In this document: piece by piece, positions 1-8,193 of the stretch
Position numbering within the stretch: the stretch's first letter is position 1
How the letters are laid out: each line of letters begins with the position of its first letter
DNA from: an uncultured Fibrobacterota bacterium
Lineage (GTDB): Bacteria; Fibrobacterota; Chitinivibrionia; Chitinivibrionales; FEN-1185
DNA length: 64,000 bases
Direction of reading: 5' to 3'
NCBI GenBank assembly: GCA_963753345.1
Contig: CAVWBU010000035.1
Location: 64,001-128,000, forward strand
Notes under the pieces: generated by a model
Seen by the model: the letters and a program-made list of their open reading frames with translations, nothing else
What the model was told of the DNA's origin: nothing
The model's database searches: none
Position numbers and translations under genes: made by a program

Positions 1-1016
1 TTTGAACACCTGATTTCGGAAGGAGGTTTTCTGAACCCCTGGCCGGTTTGGAGGATAAACTCCCATCGGAGTCTTTTATTGAATGTGTATCCACCCGCAC
101 CGAAAGGAAATTCATTATCGATCCAGACCGAATCAACCAATACAAGCTGTGACAGATAAGAGGTGGTTTCTCCCATCGTCTCTTTCTGTATATCGTAGCA
201 ACCTGGGGCGGTTTGTCTGATGATTTCATAAGATGTGCTGGCTGCTTCAACCCAATTATTATGGGGATTGATGGCCCTGCCAATAGGAACGATTGCGGGA
301 TCGGGTTTTGAGCCGTCCGAAAATTCCCTGTAAATGACAGCCTTGATAATGTCTCCTGGTTGTACATTGGCCAATTCTACGGTGGTACTGAATTCGTAAC
401 ACTGTCCATTCCGGACGGCTGTATCGCTTATGCCTGTCGTGATGGATGTTGCCTGAAGAGCGTAAGGCCGGTATACGGAGATTGCTGCGGCCGTAAAATC
501 CTGGTTCCATGTATATGAACCGCAGGGCTGCGATGACCAGCCTGCCGGCTGTTTCGGCAACCGGCGGTACACGTTGTGCCCGATTAGAGAAATATCGTAT
601 GCAACGTCCCTGTACTCCGATGCCCGCGCCCGTTCGCTGATTGAACACGCTCCTTTGTTCCATCCCCATTCAGCATAAAAAGGACAAAATGCCAGCCCGA
701 AAGACTCAACCCGTTTCTTTTCATTTCTTATATAGGCAATCAATTCCGTGCGTGAGGGTTCCTTCATTTTCCATTGCCGGGGATTTGTCTTGTCCCACTC
801 GCCGAAGCAAGGAGGAATGCCTTCGAAAACGGTGTTATACCCAAGTTGTTTGAAAAAATGTAATCCTGTATCGCTGTTATCCAACGTGCTGTCGTCCTGG
901 AAATGATTGCTATTGAGATATATTGCACGCAATTGCTGTTTAGCGGCAAAAGCAGTGCCAACACTACTCGACGAAATAATGGCCAAAGCGATTATTGATC
1001 TTAATGGCGTCATCAT
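1..1016 (-). CDS. Secreted hypothetical protein, runs off the left edge (338 codons visible); possibly glycoside-hydrolase-like
   Basis: Manual translation, absent from the ORF track: open frame from ATG at 1016 (MMTPLRSIIALAIISSSSVGTAFA-AKQQLRAIYL...FFKQLGYNTVF) to the window edge, with a signal peptide ending AFA. Confidence 0.7.
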   Translation of the reverse strand, partial: MMTPLRSIIALAIISSSSVGTAFAAKQQLRAIYLNSNHFQDDSTLDNSDTGLHFFKQLGYNTVFEGIPPCFGEWDKTNPRQWKMKEPSRTELIAYIRNEKKRVESFGLAFCPFYAEWGWNKGACSISERARASEYRDVAYDISLIGHNVYRRLPKQPAGWSSQPCGSYTWNQDFTAAAISVYRPYALQATSITTGISDTAVRNGQCYEFSTTVELANVQPGDIIKAVIYREFSDGSKPDPAIVPIGRAINPHNNWVEAASTSYEIIRQTAPGCYDIQKETMGETTSYLSQLVLVDSVWIDNEFPFGAGGYTFNKRLRWEFILQTGQGFRKPPSEIRCS

Positions 1017-1537
1017 AACTCGTTCGTAATGAATGCGCAGGCCCACGAGGTCGTAGACACTGCTGGCAGCACTCGTCTGGACAGCAAAGTACGAATACAC
1101 TGTGTCAAGAGCGAGTCTTTTGCTCTTTGCATTGCAAAACAAGGCTGCGTCGAACCCGCATTCCCGGATGGACGGCGCCTGTGGTCGATGCAGCGGGACG
1201 AATTGAATGAACACATAAGAGGCACAATATGCTTGCAATGGAAAATAACACTAATCCTTTCATAAGACTGTTGCTCATGATCAATAGCTACCGTCGTCTT
1301 TTGGAAAGGTTGAATTCCTTCCCATGCCTGATAATATAGCTCATTCTGGCGGTTTTGTTACGGGCCGATACTGCCGTAGTATGTCCCGAACGGCACCCGG
1401 ACATGCCGCATAAAAAGGAGAGCCCTGCCACAGCACGCCGGTATTTATTTTACCATGAAACCGGAGTTTGGGCGGTGAAAAGGCCGGCGACAAATCTGGT
1501 GCTTGGTGACCCTCCTTTATTGCTTTAGGGGAACACA

Positions 1538-1906
1538 ATGTTCGAAATCTCCACCGAAGGCGGTTTTTCCGCCGCACACCATCTCAACCGCTACGATGGA
1601 CCGTGCGAGAACGTGCACGGCCACAACTGGCAGGTGCGCGCGGTTGTCGGGTGCGAAACCCTCAACGCACTCGGCATCGGCATGGACTTTCGGACCCTTC
1701 GAGCCTCGCTCGCCGACATCCTCAAGGAACTCGACCATACCGACCTCAACACTATTTTTGACGCCAAGAAGCAGAACCCCTCGTCGGAGAACTGCGCGCG
1801 GTACATTTTCGAGAAACTGGAAATCGCGCTTGCAAAGGAAGCCTGCCGCGTGCTCCGCATCGAGGTGACCGAAACTCCCGGCAACACCGCCGCCTACTTC
1901 CGGTGA
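1538..1906 (+). CDS. queD: 6-carboxy-5,6,7,8-tetrahydropterin synthase
   Basis: FSAAHHL, CENVHGHNW, NPSSEN and ETP motifs; first gene of the queDEC cluster. Confidence 0.95.
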   Translation: MFEISTEGGFSAAHHLNRYDGPCENVHGHNWQVRAVVGCETLNALGIGMDFRTLRASLADILKELDHTDLNTIFDAKKQNPSSENCARYIFEKLEIALAKEACRVLRIEVTETPGNTAAYFR

Positions 1907-1909
1907 CGC

Positions 1910-2549
1910 ATGCTTACCGTGTGCGAAATGTTCACCAGCATCCAGGGCGAATCGACCTTTGCGGGCGAAGTGTGCGCGTTTGTCCGGCTTTCCGGATGCA
2001 ACCTCGCGTGCTCCTACTGCGACACCGCCTATGCCCGCGAGCCGGGGACTTCGGTGAGCGTTGACGAGGCGTGCGCCTGGGCTGCGGCGGCAGAGTACAC
2101 GACTGGTGGAGATTACGGGCGGGGAACCGCTCTTGCAGGAAGACGCCGGCGAGCTTGCCCGCTGCCTCTGCGACGACGGCCTTACCGTGCTTGTCGAAAC
2201 CAACGGATCGCTGGATATTTCGTGCCTGCCCGAGCCGTGCGTGCGTGTCGTGGATGTCAAGTGCCCGGGAAGCGGCGCCGGCGGATCGTTCCTCCTGTCA
2301 AATCTGAACGAGCTCGGTCCCCGCGACGAATGCAAGTTTGTTCTTTCCAGCCGCGCGGATTTCGAATGGGCGCGCGATTTTGTCGCGCAGCACCGGCTTT
2401 CCGGCAGGTGCACGGTCATTTTCTCTCCTGCATGGAACATTCTTCCGGCCAAAGACCTGGCGGCATGGATGCTTGAAGACAGAACCGGCGCGCGACTCGG
2501 CCTGCAATTGCAGAAGTATATCTGGCCCGGCGGCGAACAAGGACGGTGA
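1910..2549 (+). CDS. queE: 7-carboxy-7-deazaguanine synthase (radical SAM), apparent 1-nt frameshift near 2090
   Basis: SIQGE and CNLACSYCD in ORF 1910; [21 protein letters not shown] and LQLQKYIW continue in the 2061..2549 frame. Confidence 0.9.
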
Positions 2550-2550
2550 C

Positions 2551-3254
2551 ATGCGAAAGAAAGCCGTTGTTCTTCTCAGCGGCGGCCTTGACTCGGCCAC
2601 GTGTTGCGCCATTGCGGTCGGCGAGGGCTTCCGGGTGCATGCGCTCAGCTTCGACTACGGTCAGCGCCACCGGCAGGAGCTTGGTGCGGCGCGGCGCGTA
2701 GCGAGGTTCTTCTCTGTCAAGGAGCACCGGGTCATCGCCATCGACGGCTCGGTGTTTGCAGGCAGCGCCCTCACCTCCGGTCCACGAGTCCCGAAAAACC
2801 GGACCGCCCGGCAGATCGGCTCCGGAATCCCCGGCACCTATGTTCCGGCCCGCAACACTATTTTCCTTTCGTATGCGGTTGCCTATGCAGAGATCATCGG
2901 CAGCAGCGACATCTTCATCGGGGTCAATGCCCTCGACTATTCCGGCTATCCCGATTGCCGGCCCGAGTTTATCGCAGCGTTCGAGGCCATGGCCAATTCG
3001 CTACAAAGGCCGCTGTTCAGGGGAGAAGGCTCAATGTGCACGCTCCGCTTGTGAATATGACAAAGGCTCAAATTATCCTGAAAGGCACGGCGCTCGGCGT
3101 GGATTACTCCATCACCCACAGTTGCTACGATCCGCTCCCTTCGGGCGCCGCGTGCGGCGTCTGCGACAGCTGCATACTGCGGATGAAGGGGTTTTTGGAG
3201 GCCGGCGTGGAGGACCCCACGCGGTATGGGACAAAGTCCGCAAGGCGAAGATAG
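2551..3254 (+). CDS. queC: 7-cyano-7-deazaguanine synthase, apparent frameshift near 2998
   Basis: [20 protein letters not shown] and YPDCR, then SCY...[10 protein letters not shown] in the next frame. Confidence 0.92.
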
Positions 3255-3407
3255 AGGATGATGGAGAAGGTTTCGGTGATTTTCGGGCTGGTTATTACAC
3301 AGCCGGCGACAGTTGCGATTTTGATTCAACCTTCCTAACTACTATTTTCATTAGAGAGTCGTCAATACCCATAGAACCTGGTTGTGCCAAACTCAAAGGA
3401 GGTCATC

Positions 3408-4031
3408 ATGAAATCTTCACGCGTTCTTCTTCTCGTTGTCGCCGCTGCACTTGTGTGCACAGTACCGGCAGGCGCCAAGTCTTTGCTGGAAAAGTCGATT
3501 TACTTTGTCAACCCGCAGAGCGGAAAGATCGACAGCACCAAGTACTGGAAGATATATATCGGCAAGTACCCGTCGATCACGCTGGTGCGGAAGTTCCCGG
3601 GAGAGGATTCCCTTCCCGTCAACGCCGACATCAACCTTACGATGCTGTCGAGCGGCTATATCGAAGGCTACGGGTACACCCGCAAGGGCCGGGTGGACTG
3701 CATGGCCTGGTTCGTGATAGACACGGGGACCGGCGCCATCAAGCTCCCGGTGGACAGCATCGAATACATGTTCGCGGGCGGGACAACGGCAAAACCGCGG
3801 GGCATGAAGGCCTGCAGCGTCAACATCGACGTCGAAGGCAACAACGTCCAGGGCGTGAGGGAGATGCTGCTTACCAAATACAAACTCGTGGTCGACGCGG
3901 ACGAGCGCAATCTCAAACCGCAGGGCGACGTCAACATAGAATTGTTTGGGTTTTCCAAGGCGGCGTTTATGGCGGCCGAGAAGGCGCAGAAGGAAAGCGC
4001 TGCGGCACCAGCGCCTAAATCTGATAAATAA
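3408..4031 (+). CDS. Secreted hypothetical protein
   Basis: AAGGAGG RBS; signal peptide MKSSRVLLLVVAAALVCTVPAGA; no recognised domain. Confidence 0.75.
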   Translation: MKSSRVLLLVVAAALVCTVPAGAKSLLEKSIYFVNPQSGKIDSTKYWKIYIGKYPSITLVRKFPGEDSLPVNADINLTMLSSGYIEGYGYTRKGRVDCMAWFVIDTGTGAIKLPVDSIEYMFAGGTTAKPRGMKACSVNIDVEGNNVQGVREMLLTKYKLVVDADERNLKPQGDVNIELFGFSKAAFMAAEKAQKESAAAPAPKSDK

Positions 4032-4049
4032 ATTAAAATAAAAAAATCT

Positions 4050-4306
4050 GGGCGTTCCCCTCATGTGGGGTGCATTGCAATGCGCCCCACATGAGGGTCG
4101 GTCTCGCTCCGGGCTCGGCTATTCGCCTCGTTGCCGGACCGCCCCAATGGCCTTCGGCCGGGGCACCCCTTCGGGTGCTTCCAAGGGTCGTCGGCCGGCA
4201 CAAGGCAAGCGACATAATAACAAAGCGCGAAGCGCTATTACCATACCTTGGGGAACGAAGTGACAATGCGCTCTGGCGCACCCTCCGTTCCACCTAACGC
4301 GCGGCA
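4050..4306 (+). repeat. Intergenic repeat family A, copy 1 (expanded)
   Basis: GGGCGTTCCCC...GGGTCGGTCTCGCTCCGGGCTCGGCTATTCGCCTCGTTGCC...CACCTAACGCGCGGCA aligns with the copy at 37859. Confidence 0.85.
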
Positions 4307-4402
4307 ACGGGCATTTGCCGGAATTCTCGCTTTCCCATTGACAATCATGAATCATTCAAGGTTCGGTTTTCAATCCGCAACCAGAGTTGCACGTTTGGAA
4401 AT

Positions 4403-4447
4403 TCCTCCCCCTTGTTAAGGGGGAGGTGCCGAAGGCGGAGGGGGATT
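4403..4447 (+). repeat. Short palindromic repeat family D, copy 1
   Basis: CTCCCCCTTGTTAAGGGGGAG hairpin followed by GCCGAAGGC; related reverse copy at 62551..62594. Confidence 0.6.
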
Positions 4448-4457
4448 TTCCTACAGG

Positions 4458-4612
4458 AAGGCGTTGCGGAAACGTGACGCTCGCAATGCGCAAGCGTTGC
4501 GCCCGGCGCACGTTTCCGCTGGAAAGGGTGTGGGTGCAGATCACCTCCCGCCAATTTGGCGGGAGGAAGCTGCACCCCAGGGGAAACCACGAAGTGGTGT
4601 CCCCGCCAAGAA
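4458..4612 (+). repeat. Intergenic repeat family C, copy 1
   Basis: Closely matches the reverse complement of 55029..55186 (TTTCCGCTGGAAAGGGTGTGGGTGCAGATCACCTCCCG...GCTGCACCCCAGGGGAAACC). Confidence 0.85.
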
Positions 4613-4641
4613 CTCGTGTATTTTTAATTGCGGCTTTTTAC

Positions 4642-6777
4642 CTACTTCGCCATATCCGGCGAATACAACGTCGCTTGATTTCTGCCGTGCTCCTTTGAAA
4701 AGTACAGCGCCTTATCGGCCGCGTCGATGAGCGGCTGCTGCGCCGTTGCCACGAGCGGCATGACCGCGCATCCGAGACTGATGGTGACGTGCAGCCGGTT
4801 GTCCTTGGAGACCACCGAATGCGCCTCAACGGTCCTCCTGATGCGTTCCGCGATCACCATGGCGCCCTCCGGCCCTGTTTCCGGAATGATAACCGCAAAC
4901 TCCTCGCCGCCGTAGCGCGCCGCTATGTCGTTGACGCGAATTGACTGCCTGATGCACGTTGAGATTTCCTTGAGGACAAGATCGCCCACGGGGTGGCCGT
5001 AGGTGTCGTTGAAGTTCTTGAAGTGGTCGATGTCCATAAGGAGAAGGGACAAAGGCCGGCGGTAGCGGCGCGAGCGCTCCACTTCCTTTGCAAGACACTC
5101 CTGGAACGTGCGGTGGTTGTTGAGCTGGGTGAGCCCGTCGGTAGTGGCGAGCGTCTCCATCTGCTGGTACAGTTGCGCTCTGGTGATGGCCACCGACGCG
5201 TTGCCGAGCAGCGTGGACAGATACTGCTCCGTTTCCCCTGCAAACTGGTTTTCCGCATCGCTTTCTATCGACAAAAGCCCGAGGATGTACTGCCTGTCGT
5301 CAAGAATCGGCATAATGATGAGCGACTGGAGTTGCGGGTTTGGCGGGTCGTTGGGCAGAAAACGGTAGTACTTTCCCTGGGAGGACTGGAAATATCCTAT
5401 GGTGACGGTTGTCCGCTTTGTGAAGGCGTAGGAGTACAATCCGGCGTTCATGGGGAATTGGAAGCCTTCGCTGATTTCCGGCGACGGCCCGGCGATCTTG
5501 TACACCGTGCCTTGCTCCTTCTGTTCGTCGAACGTCACAATCATCATGCGGGTGGCGGGCGTGAGCAGGCCGATCATCTTGAACAGAACATCGAACACCT
5601 GGTTGGTCCGCAGGGCGTTGATGAACTGCTGCGAGGCTTCGTAGAAGATCCGGAAGCTCTTCGCGGCCTTTTCCTGGTACATCCGCATGCGGAAGTTCGT
5701 GATGAGCGCAGCGGCCAGCACCGAAAACCTGCACAGCGCGTCCTTGTGGTGTTCCGTAAAGCTGTTCCTGTCGATGCTGTCCACGACAAGCGCGCCGAGA
5801 AGCTCGCGGGAATCGGACAGAATGGGCACCGCGAGCACCGAATTGATGGTCTGGCCGGCGGTGTAATACAGGAGGCTGTCCGGATACATGGACAGGTCGC
5901 CGGTCATAAAGGCGTTCCGCTCCACGCCCACCCGTCCCACTAGGCCCCTGCCGAGAGGAATCTCGAATCCAGGGATGATGGAAGGGTTCTTTGAGTGGAA
6001 CGAGTTGAGCACGAACGCATCTTTTGGTGCATCATACACGAAGCCGAGTGCGGAATAGGCCTTGAAGTTCCTGCTCATGAAATACACGACACTCGAAAGC
6101 AGCTCGTCGATGCCGGACTTGCCGTACTGCCCCGTGTCCGGTTCCGCCGAAAGCCCCTTGGTTGCGCCCGGAGCAGGCGGCACGGGGGGGCTTGACGCGG
6201 CGGCAGGAGTTGATTTCTGAGAGTCCTTACCGGCGTTTTTCAGCCGGACAAAGACAAACGGGATTATGCCCGAAAGGACCAGCCCGGCCATGGGCCCTGC
6301 AAGCGGCTTGGCGCGCTCAAAAATCAATTCCCGCAATTCCGCCGATTGGTACACGTCAAGGTAGCCAGCGGCATACAGCGACCAGAACTCGGCGCAGAAA
6401 ACGAACGCCATGACGGCAAGCCAGACCGGGACCGCGGCCTGCGACGCATACAGGAGTATTACGGCATAGTACGACATGAACAGCGGCGAAGCCGGATAGC
6501 CGTAGGTAGGGTTGTGCGAGGAGAAATGAACCGCGCATATCGCAAGAAAGCAGAGGCCGAACGCCGCGCCGATCCCGGAGAAGACGGGGCGGCCGGACAA
6601 CGCCCCGGCGATTGCCGAAATGATGCAGGAGAGGAGGATCAGGAAAAATCCCCAGGCGAGATACGGGACCTGCGAGCAGAACGGGTCCAGCATGCCGGAC
6701 GCCGCGACGCCGGCAAGGCATACAAAAGAAACGGCGAGGACCGGATCCCTGAGGTTTCTTTTCTTCTTCTTCAGCAT
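4642..6777 (-). CDS. Membrane-bound diguanylate cyclase with two GAF domains
   Basis: N-terminal TM helices, two GAF-like segments, TDGLT, DIDHFKNFNDTYGHPVGD and RYGGEEF. Confidence 0.92.
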   Translation of the reverse strand: MLKKKKRNLRDPVLAVSFVCLAGVAASGMLDPFCSQVPYLAWGFFLILLSCIISAIAGALSGRPVFSGIGAAFGLCFLAICAVHFSSHNPTYGYPASPLFMSYYAVILLYASQAAVPVWLAVMAFVFCAEFWSLYAAGYLDVYQSAELRELIFERAKPLAGPMAGLVLSGIIPFVFVRLKNAGKDSQKSTPAAASSPPVPPAPGATKGLSAEPDTGQYGKSGIDELLSSVVYFMSRNFKAYSALGFVYDAPKDAFVLNSFHSKNPSIIPGFEIPLGRGLVGRVGVERNAFMTGDLSMYPDSLLYYTAGQTINSVLAVPILSDSRELLGALVVDSIDRNSFTEHHKDALCRFSVLAAALITNFRMRMYQEKAAKSFRIFYEASQQFINALRTNQVFDVLFKMIGLLTPATRMMIVTFDEQKEQGTVYKIAGPSPEISEGFQFPMNAGLYSYAFTKRTTVTIGYFQSSQGKYYRFLPNDPPNPQLQSLIIMPILDDRQYILGLLSIESDAENQFAGETEQYLSTLLGNASVAITRAQLYQQMETLATTDGLTQLNNHRTFQECLAKEVERSRRYRRPLSLLLMDIDHFKNFNDTYGHPVGDLVLKEISTCIRQSIRVNDIAARYGGEEFAVIIPETGPEGAMVIAERIRRTVEAHSVVSKDNRLHVTISLGCAVMPLVATAQQPLIDAADKALYFSKEHGRNQATLYSPDMAK

Positions 6778-6914
6778 GGGCGCCTGCGGCCACGGCTAAG
6801 ATTGAGATATCACTTGAGCGTGGAACATTCGTATTTTACTATTGTGAGACGCTGTTGTCAAAACCCGCGGGCCGCGGGTGGGGGTCCGAACATAAAACAA
6901 TGTACAATGACCGC

Positions 6915-8036
6915 ATGAGAAAATCAAAGCTTTTCGGCAGCTACAAATCATTTTTGTCAAGTATCCTGCCGGCGAAGACGCGGCTGTCATTCCTTGGACG
7001 CACCGTGGAGCGCAGATACCGCGCGCCGCAGATGGTTTTTCCGTTCGACATCGGCCCGTCGAGGAGGATTCTTATCATTCTTCCGGCCGACCCGCTCACG
7101 GCGCTCCACCAGCTCACCTGCGTCGCGTCGCTTTCGGCCTGCATCAAAGGCGCGCACATCGCGGTGGTGTGCGAGAAGCGGGTGACGCCGTTTTTCCGGG
7201 CGCTCAGCGGGATCGAGGAATTCATTGAATACGACCGGGAGGACCAGTACCTGTTTTCCCCGGCTTTTGACAGAATGGGAAAGAAGGTCCACGCCGGCAT
7301 GTACGACGTGTGCCTGATGCTGGACCCGGCACCCGATCTCGCGCTGCTCAACGTTGCCGGCCAGAGCGCGGCCGCGCTGCGTGTCGGGCTTTCGGGGGCA
7401 GGCGCCTACCCGTTTATCAACCTGCACGTGACGCCTGCAGCAGGCAGAAACCATCTTACCGACAGGGGAATTCTTCTCGCGTCGGTTCTCGGCGTCTCCC
7501 GGCGCGAAAGGCCCGGCTGGAGCGTGACAAATGAATCGGTGGGTGAGATGCGGACCATGCTTCGGGAACTGAATATCGACCCCGCCGCGCCGCTCGTAGG
7601 CATAGACGGCCCGTGTCTTGTCGACCGAATCGGGAAGAAATGGACGCAGTCTCTTGTGGATGCGCTTCGGGCCAAGCCGTGCGCGTGCTACTTTTTTGCC
7701 TGGGGACGGCCCGATGCCGATACTGCCGAGTGGATGGCGCGGCAGGGGCTTCCGGTATTAGCCGACCTTCCCGTTTCCCGCGCCGCGGCGCTCCTTGCCA
7801 TGTCGAAAATCGCGGTGGGGGGACGGGGCGTGATGTTCGAGCTGGCCAATCTGCTCCGCACGCCCGCGGTGGGCATGTTTGCGGAGGAAGAATTCGATGC
7901 GCTGTGCAGGGAATCCGATACGACCACGGGCCTGCGAATCCGGGACAGGCCCGACGAAGCCACAATCGCGTCGGTGGCGGGCATGGTTGACGCGCGCCTT
8001 GATGGGGCTCAAATATCAGCCTATTCTCATCCGTAG
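6915..8036 (+). CDS. Glycosyltransferase family 9 (heptosyltransferase)-like protein, divergent
   Basis: GT9-like layout (RRILII, YDVCLML, LRVG, LLRTPAVGMF); canonical GD and DSG motifs absent; start uncertain. Confidence 0.55.
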   Translation: MRKSKLFGSYKSFLSSILPAKTRLSFLGRTVERRYRAPQMVFPFDIGPSRRILIILPADPLTALHQLTCVASLSACIKGAHIAVVCEKRVTPFFRALSGIEEFIEYDREDQYLFSPAFDRMGKKVHAGMYDVCLMLDPAPDLALLNVAGQSAAALRVGLSGAGAYPFINLHVTPAAGRNHLTDRGILLASVLGVSRRERPGWSVTNESVGEMRTMLRELNIDPAAPLVGIDGPCLVDRIGKKWTQSLVDALRAKPCACYFFAWGRPDADTAEWMARQGLPVLADLPVSRAAALLAMSKIAVGGRGVMFELANLLRTPAVGMFAEEEFDALCRESDTTTGLRIRDRPDEATIASVAGMVDARLDGAQISAYSHP

Positions 8037-8193
8037 GATATTCAGATGTAGGAAACCGCTTCACCTTCAAGAGGTACGATTGGCGGTGCAGAAGATGCGG
8101 ATACTTGTGGAATTGCAGAAAATCGCGTTGACGGTGCGGCCGAACAAGGGGAAGAACGATACACGCAGAGTCTGGAGAATCTGAGATTTTTCC

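Noticed and set aside
259-669. 136-aa minus-strand ORF from the track
   Set aside because: It is a shadow frame of the longer open frame 1016 to <1, which has a signal peptide.
1340-1537. Possible preQ1 riboswitch upstream of queD
   Set aside because: No recognisable preQ1 class I or II consensus.
1538-3254. queDEC as part of a Dpd DNA-modification defence island
   Set aside because: No dpdA/tgt-like or other dpd genes nearby; consistent with ordinary queuosine precursor synthesis.
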